Made by a program: the position numbers and the translations under genes
From: Octopus sinensis
Lineage: Eukaryota
Assembly (NCBI RefSeq): GCF_006345805.1
Contig: NC_042999.1
Coordinates: forward strand, 143,840,001 to 143,904,000
Length of the DNA: 64,000 nt
Reading direction: 5' to 3'
Shown here: piece by piece, positions 36,840 through 49,947 of the stretch
How positions within the stretch are numbered: the first letter of the stretch is position 1
Layout of the letters: each line of letters starts with the position of its first letter
The notes under the pieces: generated by a model
Seen by the model: only the letters and a program-made list of their open reading frames with translations
Databases searched by the model: none
Told to the model about the DNA's origin: nothing

Positions 36840-38819
36840 TATTTATTTATTTTGTTAGTAAAGTCCGGACGTCTACCTCATGGTCGTCAAACGTGAGATG
36901 TCTCAAACTTATATGTGTCTTTAATAACATTTCTTCTGCAGGTCTTCGAAACATTTTTTCTTTGAAATATTTTTTACTGCCCCAAACTAGTTTCTTCCTT
37001 TAAAGCACAAACAATTTTACAAGCCAAATTTAGAGGCCAAATCTCTCTTAAATCACACCCTGGCATTTTTTAAAACGGTAGGAAAGTGTCACTGAACAAT
37101 ATAATCCTTTAAGCAACATAAATTATCTGAATACGATAGGATAGTCAAAAATGAAATGTATTTGATGATAGGTCTGCTCAACTAAGGATAATCCAAGGTT
37201 AGAACACAGTAACAAAATAACATTCTAGTTCTTATCGACAAAACCTACCATCCTAGCGTACATGCACTCAAACCTTTAGTGAACACTACGGCAGAAAGTT
37301 GCCTACATTTGCCAATCAGTCTTTTCTACTGCTACTGCAGAAATTTCTGTTACTATGTATTAGCAAGCTATCTACTAACTGATTCAATCTAGTTCATACT
37401 AGGTCTCATCGTAAGACCCACATATCCCACTTCAAGAGCCAAGGGATAAATAATTTTTCCCAATCCCAGAAGCAAAACTTTGCACATATTGACCTTCAGA
37501 AGATCGCCTCTAATGTGGTCATTTGAAATATCACCCAAATCTCCATCAATCACACACAGCGGTGAAGTGTTAAATGAAGAAGAAAAACTATTGCATGATG
37601 AAATCTGGGATAGTTTTCCCTAAGTGACGGTTGGTCACATTTAGAATACATTTAATCATGAGTCTTTTTGGCCAGGTTGTGTCTGAAAGTAAATAACAAT
37701 CACAACGAAATATGGCGGAATTGGAAATAAAAATTATTCCCATTGATCACACTGTTGTGTAAGGAACTTCAAAGAATTTAAGAGTGCTGTTGTTCTTCGG
37801 ATTTCATGATAAAAATTCCTGCTTAAATCCTCGCCAAAAGAAATTTGCTTTCCATTTAATATTTTAGACAACGCTTCTCATCGAAATGTAACTGGTTTCC
37901 CTCCAATATTCTCACATTCAAGCGATAACAGTTTACATTGAGCATTACCCGCATTATTTTCTTATTGTTATCCGCCGTGTTCAGCATAAGTAGCGATATA
38001 AATTTAAGAAAGAGAAGCTCTTATCAATACTTCTGCATAAACTGATTTCATATATTGGCACGGAGATTCAAATATGTTGGACAAGGATATATCGGTCAAA
38101 TGGAGGACTCGTTTTATCAAGATAGGTCTGCCACCACTACGCCACATGGGAAACTAAGTAGTGTTAAGCATTCAATAAGATGCCAATCTGATATCTCTAT
38201 TTTAAAATAATAAAAATTCTATGCAAATGTTAGTTACACATCAATATATTCATTGTTATGATTAATGATTAGCGTAAACGTCATTAATTGAAATCAGAAC
38301 TTTTCATCTTCTTGTCTCCATCGCAAAGAATATTATTAGTGTTATGCTACACTCGGGGATACAAATGTGAACAGTAGAAATTAAGGAACTGAAGTCAGCA
38401 CCAAAAGATTTACAAATGGAGCTCTCGTCGATTTTACAATGCTGTTACTTCTACCAGCGATAAACAAGGTGAACTGGAGGACAGCGATCTATGTATTTGG
38501 TCATGACAATGCAGTTGTTCATAATACTGTGACCACCACCACCACGCTAGTCACAATGTATGAATTAATTATTGGCCTTCTCCTATTGATTCCACCATAT
38601 GTAATTCTACACTAATACTTTTAGAAAGTGATTTAACATTATAACTTTGGAATTATGAAAGTTCAGATTTTTACACTTAAACTTTTAGTGTAACTGGCAA
38701 GAGCAATACATGTATATAGTTCTTCTGAAATAGATGTAAGGCATGACATTTTTAAAAAGATGTATGACTGGACATTGTGTTGATGCAAGTGTGTTATTTG
38801 AATTCAAGTGCAATTCCTT

Positions 38820-39600
38820 ATAGCTGACTATCGAAACCAAATAACAAACTCAGCTTGCCAAGTTCTAGTTTTCTTTTAAAAGTAATTGTGTTTAATTGGG
38901 CGCATTTATTAGATCTTTTTGATAAAGAATCGTGGGCATACTCCAGATTAATACCACTATGATAAGTTAAGCAGAAAAACAAAAAAGAAAATGCTTTTAC
39001 ACTTATTTTCTTAGAAGATGAATACATTACTACCGATTGAAAGGTCTGGTAACGAATTTGGCATTTGTAAAATGACTGTAGACGTATACTGTGGTACTAA
39101 GTGTAATGAAGTGGTTGTTGTAGAAACACTGTGTTAGTAGAGAGATAGGTCTTTTCATTGCAGCGAAATAGTATTGAGTTCGAGTAACTTCGTAGGGACT
39201 GCTCGTCGGCTCGTGTAACTGGTTGGTGTTGATATTGATTGAAATATGTAGTAGTTGGTACAATAACTGTGTCAATAGAAGTATCTATAGTGGTATAGTG
39301 GTTTAACGGTATCTATTTTCACTGCTACAGAGTTGTAAGTTGAACGCAGCATTCAGTCCTTCTTGCTACTTGCTTAGTAGTTTAAATAGTAGAACGGAAG
39401 GATATCTAGACATTTTCGAATTTCTCGATGCCACTTGATAATCTCTTGAATGTCTTGTTTAATTTCGCTGTTCCACGTATTAATATTTTTCAGAAACTAC
39501 AATAAATATATTTTAGACTCCAACTCTTAACGAGTTGTATTGATAATTGTCAGTATAAATTTAAAGTATAATGGTTGGGGGTTATGAAGAGAACTGTCTG
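38820..39600 (-). mobile_element. Possible highly decayed Penelope-like GIY-YIG region
   Basis: Weak remnants LQLCSSENRY, HISININTNQL, YSHFTNAKFVTRPFN in the expected order. Many stops. Confidence 0.3.
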
Positions 39601-40071
39601 TAAAAGTTTTCCTTGCTCTGTGATGGGCTGAGAACTTTATGTTTACTGAGTAATTAACCTTTTTGACACGCATGTTTTCAATTTTATAAATCCAGAGGAT
39701 TATATTTAGTTTATTGATTTAGAATTTGATTGACGATTGATATGTTCTATCAACAATGTGCGTATATTCTGTATCTGTTATGTTAGTTATGTTGTTGACG
39801 TTAACATCAATCATATTGTTGATATTAACACCTTCTGAGAGGCGTTTACATTCCATTAATATTTTGTAGTAAAGATGTTGTACCTACCGAAAGATGGTGT
39901 AATATAATGGTCATTGACAGAATAAAACTACAAACTTCTAATATTAATATCGTTTTTCAATTTACAAATGCACATCTTTAAGGATACACATGTTGATATA
40001 AAGAACGTTTCTGCCCCACGATCCTATGTAATAGGTTCTTCCAACAAGTTCTAACGTCTTAAGTATTCTTT

Positions 40072-40282
40072 TCTACTCTAGGCACAAGGCCCAAAGTTTT
40101 GGGGGAGGGGGCCAGTCAATTAGATCGACCCCAGTATGCAACTGGTACTTAATTCATCGACCCCGAAAGGATGAAAGGCAAAGTCAACCTCGGCGGAATT
40201 TGAACTCAGAACTTAGCGGCAGACGAAATACCACAAAGCATTTCACCCGGCGTGCTAACGTTTCTGCTAGCTCGCCGCCTTC
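40072..40282 (-). mobile_element. tRNA-derived SINE, well preserved
   Basis: Minus strand GGCGGCGAGCTAGCAGAAACGTTAGCACGCCGGG...GAGTTCAAATTCCGCCGAGGTTGACTTTGCCTTTCATCC...GGGCCTTGTGCCTAGAGTAG. Confidence 0.88.
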
Positions 40283-40504
40283 TAATATCCAAAGTATGAT
40301 CATTATTTACTGTCTCTTACAAATTTTCGTCTCACTTCACAATATACTGCTTTGCGCGTCTGAATATCTGTAACAGCCAAAGTCAGTTTACACTGATTTA
40401 AAATTTTTGTTTTAGTTTTTTTTTTTTCCGGATAGAATTTGGAAATACCTAAACTTTAGTTAATCATACGATATTTCAGATTTTGATTGGAAATTGTAGT
40501 TGTG

Positions 40505-40760
40505 ATACCCGTGCCGGTGGCACGTAAAAAGTACCAACCGATCGTGGCCGTTACCAGCCTTCCCTGGCACCTGTTCCGGTGGCACGTAAAAAGCACCCAC
40601 TACACTCACGGAGTGGTTGGCATTAGGAAGGGCATCAGCTGTAGAAAAACTGCCAGACCAGACTGGAGCCTGGTGCAGCCTCCTGGCTTCCCAGACCCCG
40701 GTCAAACCGTCCAACCCATGCTAGCATAGAAAACGGACGTTAAATGATGATGATGATGAT
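40505..40760 (+). mobile_element. SINE 3' part with CORE-like segment and (GAT)n tail
   Basis: GAGTGGTTGGCATTAGGAAGGGCATC...CCAACCCATGCTAGCATAGAAAACGGACGTTAAATGATGATG. Confidence 0.7.
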
Positions 40761-41387
40761 ACTGTGTCCACTGCTTAATCAAGTAAACTGAATTTTGCTA
40801 TCAATACTGGAACTAAAATGACAAAGTGGGACACCGATTTCTTGCAATGAAAAAATATTTTTGGAGTATAATATCCTGTACATTCTTTAGATTTATTGAC
40901 ATCCATAAAAAAAATCAAGAACTGTTCTTGATATTTGTTGCTGTTTTTATCTAGATATTACACACCTTCCGGTGTGTAATGTCTAGAGTAAGCTTTTCTG
41001 TCTAGTATTTTTACCCCTTTTTTACTACTGCGCGTTAACTTCGTTCTCTTGCATTCATTCGATAAGAATATAAGCACACTATCAGATACGCGCGCGTACA
41101 CACACACACGCACATATACATACACACATGCTCTCACACACACACACACACACAAACACATGCACACTTGTGTTTCTTTTCCGAGTATTAATGTATTTAT
41201 GTTTATGCTTATATAATTGAACGTGCATAGACATCAAAACATCATGACTGCTTGTATTCCCGTGTATGTGTGCTTATATGTCAGTATACATTCATATCAG
41301 TGCATACTTGTAACTTGCGCCTAGGCAGATACATCTCGACATTCGTTCTTCACTCGTTTATTATTGTTCTTATCTTAACTCATGTCC

Positions 41388-41436
41388 ATTGTCAGGAAAT
41401 CTTTCGTCACACATCTATGACCTCTTCAGCGACAAT
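41388..41436 (-). ncRNA. Degenerate hammerhead motif
   Basis: ATTGTCG-CTGAAGA-G-GTCATA-GATG-TGTGAC-GAAA-GATTTCC-TGACAAT. 7-bp stem I, 6-bp stem II and intact core; the stem III / cleavage-site region is irregular. Confidence 0.6.
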
Positions 41437-41520
41437 TTGAGTCCTCCTAGTGCTGCTGTTCCGCTTAGTCTATTCACATCAGAAATCTTGCAACACAAAT
41501 TCATAAACATATATACATAC

Positions 41521-41560
<40 letters not shown>

Positions 41561-41565
<5 letters not shown>

Positions 41566-42016
41566 TTACAGATATAGGGTGAAATATAATTAATTTAATA
41601 AAATCAACACATTTCACCTAGTAGTATTTCGGTATGGAAAAGGACCATATTCGGTAAAAATTATATAATTATAATAATAAGGGTTTTTTGCAACAAGTTG
41701 CTTAAACCACATACCGAAAATTTTAGAAATAGCAGCCAAAAGACTACTATTTCCTTTTACTACAAAAATAAGTCTCTACAGACAACAATATTTGTAACTC
41801 ACATATGGAAAAAAAAGAAGAAAAATAATGAAATCACAAAGTCTTCGGTTAATTCTTCTTTTTTTGCCATATGTGAGTTACAAATATTGTTGTCTGTGGA
41901 GAATTATTTTTGTAGTAGAAGGAAATAGTAGTCTTTTGGCTGCTATTTCTAAAATTTTCAGTATGTGGTTTAAGCAACTTGTTGCAAAAAAACCTTATTA
42001 TTATAAATATATATAT

Positions 42017-42108
<92 letters not shown>

Positions 42109-42558
42109 TTACAGATATAGGGTGAAATATAATTAATTTAATAAAATCAACACATTTCACCTAGTAGTATTTCGGTATGGAAAAGGACCATATTCGGTAA
42201 AAATTATATAATTATAATAATAAGGGTTTTTTGCAACAAGTTGCCTAAACCACATACCGAAAATTTTAGAAATAGCAGCCAAAAGACTACTATTTCCTTT
42301 TACTACAAAAATAAGTCTCTACAGACAACAATATTTGTAACTCACATATGGAAAAAAAAGAAGAAAAATAATGAAATCACAAAGTCTTCGGTTAATTCTT
42401 CTTTTTTTGCCATATGTGAGTTACAAATATTGTTGTCTGTGGAGAATATTTTTGTAGTAGAAGGAAATAGTAGTCTTTTGGCTGCTATTTCTAAAATTTT
42501 CAGTATGTGGTTTAAGCAACTTGTTGCAAAAAAACCTTATTATTATAAATATATATAT

Positions 42559-42620
<62 letters not shown>
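41561..42620. repeat. Tandem duplication (543-bp period) of a unit containing a ~150-bp-arm hairpin
   Basis: Units start at 41561 and 42104 and differ at about 2 sites plus TA length. Hairpins at 41670-42005 and about 42213-42545. Confidence 0.92.
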
Positions 42621-42631
<11 letters not shown>

Positions 42632-42818
42632 TACATACATACATATACACACACACACACACATATATATATATATTCTCTCCTTGTTTCTTTCTGTGTT
42701 CCTTTCTGTGGTAGAGCGTAGGCTCGAAACGTTAAAGACTTTTTCCCTTCCCGAGCGTTATTCTAATACATCTGTTTGTTGTCTACACCACCTGTCTTCG
42801 TCTTTTGGTTTTTTTTCT

Positions 42819-43364
42819 GTGAATTCTCCCTATATATATATATACATATACATATACACGTAAATTAAAAGGGTAAAGACCCCCTTCGGTCATGAATGAC
42901 CATGGGTTTGCACCTAGAGAGTTACCCTCTGAGGCACAAGTCTGGGCAAGGTTGTTTTATGGAAGACCAGTAGTCGCCCATGCATACCAGCCTCCCCTCT
43001 CCACGCCACCAGTGTTATCCAAGGGAAAGACAAAGGTCGATACAGCTTGGCACCTGTGACGTCGCAACTCATTTCTACAGCTGAGTGAACTGGAGCAACG
43101 TGAAATAAAGTGCTCCAGTTCACTCAGCTGTAGAAATGAGTTGCGACGTCACAGGTGCCAAGCTGTATCGACCTTTGTCTTTCCCTTGGATAACACTGGT
43201 GGCGTGGAGAGGGGAGGCTGGTATGCATGGGCGACTACTGGTCTTCCATAAAACAACCTTGCCCAGACTTGTGCCTCAGAGGGTAACTCTCTAGGTGCAA
43301 ACCCATGGTCATTCATGACCGAAGGGGGTCTTTACCCTTTTAATTTACGTGTATATGTATATAT

Positions 43365-43439
<75 letters not shown>

Positions 43440-43475
43440 TATATATATATATATTATATATATATATATATATAC

Positions 43476-43532
<57 letters not shown>

Positions 43533-43588
43533 CATACATATATATATATATATAATATATATATATATACACATATATATATATATAC

Positions 43589-43630
<42 letters not shown>

Positions 43631-43664
43631 CATATATATATATATATATATAGGGAGAATTCAC
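42819..43664. repeat. Perfect inverted duplication of a SINE fragment plus flank
   Basis: Arms 42848-43097 and 43111-43360 appear identical, with a 13-nt loop. Symmetry resumes beyond the TA tracts (GTGAATTCTCCCTA at 42819; TAGGGAGAATTCAC at 43651). Confidence 0.95.
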
Positions 43665-43830
43665 TACATGCATATATATGCAAATCCTTTACCCGCTATA
43701 AAAAACCCATGCACAGGCGTCACTCGAAAAGCAGTAAGACCTTTCACAAAAGGGCTGGTCATAGCCTTCGCATGTGTGGGACTTTCGATCAGGCGATGGC
43801 AATACTCGAACACGAGTTTGCAGCCATCAT

Positions 43831-43885
<55 letters not shown>

Positions 43886-44200
43886 TCTACAAGTAAATGT
43901 AAGGATAAACAAATTAGATCTATATATAAAGTATATTAAATACATGAAATGCAAAAAATGTATGTGTATACACAAAAGGTCCAACTTACTCAGATTATAA
44001 ATGATATAAAGAATTAAAAGGGTGGAAGAAAAGTATTACAAATTCGACAGATGTTTCTGGGGGATCAGCTGTCCATAATAATGTTTGTAGATTGATTCCA
44101 TTATAGGAAGAAACGAGCCTCCATCTTCAGTGAAGAAATCTTACATTTGAGATGTTAAAGGAGAGAAGTTCAAATATGGAATGATTAAATGTGTGTGTGT

Positions 44201-44235
<35 letters not shown>

Positions 44236-44324
44236 ATGCGTGCGCGTGTGTGTGTGTGCGTGCGTGTGTGTGTGTGTTGTGAGTGTGTGTGTGTGTGTGT
44301 GTGTGTAGACATTGGCATGGTGGT

Positions 44325-44455
44325 GTAGCAAGAAGTTTGCTTCTTAGACACATGGTCCCACTACGTAGCACCTTGGGCAAGTGTCTTCTACCATAGTTCC
44401 AGGTTGACCAAAGCTTTATGAGTGGATATGGTGAGTGGAAACTGAAAATCCGTTG

Positions 44456-44460
<5 letters not shown>
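44325..44460 (+). mobile_element. SINE 5' fragment
   Basis: CCTTGGGCAAGTGTCTTCTACCATAG...GACCAAAGCTTTATGAGTGGAT...GGAAACTGAA, same family as 18062. Confidence 0.7.
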
Positions 44461-44497
<37 letters not shown>

Positions 44498-47199
44498 AAT
44501 GATAAGAAAATAAAGAAAATTGTTTAACACATCTTTAATGTTTCGTTACAATTGTTTCTGTGTCAAATCTATTAGCAATGCCAGTTTAGGCATTCTTAGT
44601 GAAAATTTACGTAATGTTTGAGGTTTTAGACATTAGAGATGTACGTTATCAGACTTGCGACTTGCATCAAATGTTTGCGTATATATACGGTCAAGCCTAT
44701 ATTTGATATCTCCTCCAATTTCGAAATACAAAATTAAAAGTTTCAAATTATTGTTCATATATTTCGATGAATTCATCTTGACACGATGTAGTCATTGATT
44801 CTACTTTAGTTTTGTTTAGCCTCAGGCCAGCAGTGTTAATTCAACCTTTAACCATCTTGTCTTTTTTTTGTTCACTCAATGTACATGCTACTACATTATC
44901 TAAGAATGTTTTCTTTAACTCTACGCCAAATAGGATAGATTAGAAATATACTAGAAGGCTGTGACCATCTGTTTTCCCAGGATTATGTAGGACGATGTTA
45001 CCTTTCTTCCTTCGCTTATTTAAGAGGTAGAGTGCAATTTGAAGGAGAAGTGTTTCATATTTCATGCGGATCGAGTGCTGCATCGAGGCCTCTTCTTCTC
45101 TCGAAGGAGTTCTTATATCGTGGTTGCTTCTATAGTAAAAACAAAGCCCTATTATAGTATGACGGTGTCAGTTACAAGGCTCACTGTGCCTTCTTCAATA
45201 GAGGTTGCCTTTGAAAATAGCTTTCTTTCATTCCTCTGAGATAACTAAAATTTAGAAGTAGTATAACTTCTAATTTAAGTACGAAGTGGGCAATTTTGTG
45301 GAAGGGACGTGGTTGCTACTTTATTTTATCGCCCTGAAAGGTGAAAGTCAAAGCTGACCTTGGTTGGATAGGATTCAGAACGAACAAAATCGGTTAAATA
45401 TAGCAAAGCGCTCATCTCGATAACACTGCTAGTTCGAGGGCTTGAGAACTTGTTAGCTCGCTTTTATAACCCTGCTAGTTCGCTGCCTTGTGAACCAGTA
45501 TAATAATGATTTAAATTTTAGCACAAAGTCAGCATTTCGGGGGTGATGGGATACGGATTAGATCGACTCCAGTGTCCAAGTCGACCTAAGCAGAATTTGA
45601 ACTCAGTACGTGAAGACGGATGAAATGCCACTAAGCATTTTGCCCTGCGTGCTAACGATTCGGTCGGCTCGCTGCCTTGAGAACCAGTGTAGCAATGAGG
45701 CTGGTGAACCTTAGAGAGCATTATTATGTATTACTTGTTTTCATATTCATTTTGTAAGATTCAACTAATTGACCTCAAAATGTTACCCCAATTAATTTCT
45801 TGACTACATGCAACATCGCTGTGCACATGGTTGTTCAACACTTTACCGATTGAACCAATTTAACTAGATACAACAACAGTGTTTTTCTTAAATACACAAG
45901 GCTTTATCTTCATATATTGTATTTCCTGATTATTGGCTACGGCAGGTGATGAAATGTACATTGGGTTCCAGGAATCAAACCTATTTATTATTCTCAGAAT
46001 ACTTGGAACTTACTTGGAACAAGTCTTATTGTATAGGTACTCCTATTCATAAAAACATTATGATCAACAAAGAGAAAAATATTAAATACTCCAGTTTTTC
46101 ATCTGAATTGTCGCTTGGGTATTACTAATTCATGTCGTCTCTGTCATGAATATTTCGTTATTTTTCATTCTTCCTGCATCTATGTCTGTTCAGTCCCGAC
46201 TGGTGAATGGATGCATGGGAAGTTGGAGAAAGAAAAGGAAACGCGAAGAGTTGAAAAAAGGACGAAGGAAAGGAAATTAAGATTGTAAAGAAAACAGTAA
46301 GAAAGAACGAACGGAACAAAACAAAATTCAAAAGCATAAAGAAACGAAGCAGGAATAATAACAGGCAGAAAATTAATTGAGAATCAAAAAGTGAAGGCAG
46401 TTTTATAAATCTTGTGTACGTGTGTGCGTGTATGCGTTCATGTATGTATATCTTGATATCTATTATATAATACTATTTTCTTGATAATACTATTTTCTTG
46501 CTAATAAATGATTTATCATGTTTGTGTTCTCCCAGTCAACAGCCTTATCATTACTGGTACTTTAAACTCTTCGGTTCCATATTTGTGTGAATAAAATTGT
46601 TTTGCTTTGGAATAGAAAAACAGTCTATCGTTATTTCTTTTTTTTGCTGGTGTCTCAAATTTAGGTTAAATCAGTGTTTCTCAAAGGGGAGGCCTATGGG
46701 ACGGTCGGACAAGTTGTTTTGAGAAAAATTGGTTTAAATGTTTGACAACTCAGCACCGTCCATTGGACGGTGGGGGCGTTTGGTTCGCATATATATATAT
46801 ATATATTACATGATTTATCAAACGATAGAAAAATAATGCTCATTATGTTTTCTCACGCCCCTGAGACTAATAGCAGAAAGGGAGAAAGTTAACCTCAGAT
46901 CGGACCAAGTGTACGAGTTAATCTGGGCGAGGAATTAAGTCTATTAACCAAATATAGGACGCCTCTTCCGACGGGCTTCCACTCAATTTCCATTTATCAT
47001 GTTTCACTTAGTAACTGAGACAATCGCACAACCATATGACTCAATGAGAAGAGTAGAACGGAAGAAAGATTTAAAGAATTAGAAATGGAAGAAGTGCCGC
47101 GTAACTGAAAGAGTTTGCTCTTACTGAAAAGGTAAAATCAGAAGCAGTCTCTGCTACTTTATATATAGAAAGGTTGCAGTGACTTGTCTGAATTTTAAA

Positions 47200-47800
47200 G
47201 ATAGTGCTTTTCTAGAGAACTTCATCTTCATATTACAAAATGTGTTTTTCAAAATGAGAGACACTCGTCTGCACCTTTTTCTTCATCCAAATATTGTTAT
47301 CTAGAGCTGCAATTTTCATAATAAAGTTCCTAATGCCTTAAGATTATGCTTTCAGTAGTTTTTGAAAGACAGCTAGAATATTTCTAATGGATTTTTGTCT
47401 CTTTAGTGCGCTATAAAGAAAGTCTTTGGGAAAATAGTATTTATCCATTCGAGAGACATATCTAAACCAACACCAATGCCTTTGCTTCAATAATGACACT
47501 ATTAGGATTTTAGCTTAATCGTGTCAGCCTTTAGACTTTTAATGCACAGAATGGCTCTGGCATCAGCTTGAATTTTTTTCAAGGTTAACCGGAATTAAGT
47601 AATTTCAAAATATACCTAGAAGGGAGATGCCTGAATAATTCTTTACAATCAAGTGTACCCTTTTCTGTTGAGGCTCGTCTATTCACTTTCCGGAAGAAAG
47701 ATATTGGATGAAGTGAATTTATCTGTAACCTATCCTGTTTCTTGCCTTCAAAAATTTTACAAATGCCACTGTTTTATGCAAGCTGAGAAGCCAATTATTA
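47200..47800 (-). mobile_element. Probable RTE LINE 3' remnant
   Basis: WFRYVSRMDKYYFPKDFLYSALK resembles the RTE W.GHV.RM...R.PK..LY motif. Confidence 0.5.
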
Positions 47801-48199
47801 ATATCTTTTATTCCAATTGCTCCGCTTAAGAGTCCTGATAAATGTTTGTCATATATTGTTCAGAATTACATATTCGTCATTTCTAGCTTTGGACACAAAC
47901 ATATGCAAATTGAACAAAGCCAGACAACACTACTTTAGCTTGGGGATTTACAGATTACCATGTGTGTGTACAAGCGTGACTGTCTGTATTTATAAGTGTG
48001 TCTGTTTTGTATGTTGTGCTCATATCGGAATTTATTTAAAGAGAGCTCAAAAAGTAGAAAAAGAACAATTGAAAGACAACACAAAAAGATTTTGTCGTCT
48101 GAAGAAATGTTTATATTCATGTGAACATTTTGTGTATATCTGTATTTTACGTTGATACTGAACGCATTGTATTTTTTTTTTAGTTTTACTTGCTGGGTA

Positions 48200-48600
48200 T
48201 GGAGAAAAGGAACAGTCCCCATGACCTTGGCATACCCTCCGAGACATTGATATTGATGTCGTTAATTTTCTTTTTTAACCATTGCAAATCAACAGCAACA
48301 GGAAAGATATTAGCAGAAAGAGATGTCTGGATAGCCGACTTTCTCGGAAGGAAAGTCTGGTCGTAGGGATTGATGTGAAGCCTGGGTTGTTGGGCACGAT
48401 AAAAGTGATGAATGGTGGAAAGAAAAGTAAGTTGGAAAGATTTGAGTTGAGATGGCATGATCCCAGGCAGGTCTGAGGTGCATAGCCCAATATTGTAGCG
48501 GTAGAAAAAGCAGAGATAAGACACCGTGCCCATTGGCCAAAGCTGGATCACGTCTGTGAGTGACTTCATAGCAATATGTTTTGTGGCTCTTTTCTAGGTG
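48200..48600 (-). mobile_element. CR1-like LINE 3' remnant
   Basis: SYLCFFYRYNIGLCTSDLPGIMP...NIFPVAVDLQWLKKKIN. Confidence 0.7.
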
Positions 48601-49128
48601 CGGTCTAGGAAGTCAGTGTGTACAGCAGTAGTACCACCCAGATGTGATGGTGATGTTTTATTATGAGCCTCACCAAAGCTTTGTGGAATGTTAGTTATTG
48701 GTGGAAGGTAAGGTTACGTCGATCTAGTCGATTTACTCCTCTGAAATCGCTTGCCTTGCGCCAAAATTCGAGTATTATACACATACATACGCTTTTTTTA
48801 TATGAGTGTGAGTGTGTATGTGTCTATGTTCATGTATAATCACACTCGCACACACACATATTAATTTACTCGCACAGATATACATTCATGTAAATCACCA
48901 TTATTTTCAGCTCTAGGTAATGCAACTCGATTACAAGTCAATATGGACACATGTAAATATTCACCGATATGCTCGTGTGCTCGTATGTGTGTACTTTATC
49001 GTTTTAATATTGGATTTTTAGGCAATTTACAGTTATTTTATTTTTCTTCTGTTTACCGTTATAGGGTTTAAACGAATCTTGTGAATTCAGCTATTATTTT
49101 ATCTCATTATTCTTTTGTTTTCATCAAT

Positions 49129-49130
49129 AG
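49129..49130 (+). other. Predicted splice acceptor for the first coding exon
   Basis: Polypyrimidine tract TTCTTTTGTTTTCATCAATAG|G. An in-frame TGA at 49148 precedes the ATG, so no upstream coding exon is needed. Confidence 0.65.
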
Positions 49131-49156
49131 GATTTAAACGCACCTTGTGAAAAGCA

Positions 49157-49947
49157 ATGAAGGAAAATATGGATATGACAGCCGGTGGTGAATTGAATGG
49201 AATCCAGCCAAGCCAAACTGGCAACGTAACAAATCCTCCAAATGATGGTTTGGTCAAAACTCACAACACAATGGTGAGCATTCAGCCAGAACGAGGTAAT
49301 CAGGCGGGCGCTGGATGTTACGTCACTAGGCTACAGGTCGGTTTGTTTCTATTCCTGATCCTACTGACAACTATTTTCATTGCTCTTATAGCTGCTTTCG
49401 TTGGAAGAAACACGCGCTGCGATTGCCAAAATTCTCAACAGAATGCTTCTATTAACAGAGACAATAAGAATAGTCTGGAAAAAACGATAGCTGGAGAATT
49501 TGGCAAGAATGAATCAGGCGTATCTTTAAAGCCAGGTCGCGGACGAGGAAATAAATTATGGAACAGACTACGTTTACCGAGAAGCTTGATCCCTTCTCAC
49601 TACTCTCTTGAATTAAAGATTGATATGGATGCGTTTATATTCACTGGTAAAGTAAATATCACAGTTCACGTCGATCAGCCGACACACTATGTAATATTCC
49701 ACACAAAAGAACTCGATGTTGACAAAAAAGCTGTTTCTGTTCACCTAAATGGTAATATTTCCGATACTGTTCCCATCGGTAAACAGTTCTACGTCAAAGA
49801 CAATAAATATCAAGTCTTGGATTTGAACCAGGCCTTAAAAGAAGGAAAAGATTATGTAATAAGCATCGGTAATTTTTGGGGTAAAATAGCCCCTGACTTG
49901 AAAGGCCTTTATAAGGGATCCTATGTAACAAAAAGTGGTGAAATAAG
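49157..49947 (+). CDS. First coding exon of a type II membrane M1 zinc aminopeptidase (aminopeptidase N / glutamyl aminopeptidase-like)
   Basis: Short cytoplasmic N-terminus, signal-anchor helix LQVGLFLFLILLTTIFIALIAAFVG, stalk, then RLRLPRSLIPSHYSLEL, FTGKVNITV, VIFHTKEL, DLKGLYKGSY. Ends at AG|GTAAG (phase 2). The exact paralogue cannot be assigned from this exon alone. Confidence 0.93.

Noticed and set aside
43315-43683. Many 60-160 aa ORFs of YI, CV, HT, poly-I or poly-N type across the window
   Set aside because: These are translations of stop-free microsatellites, not genes.
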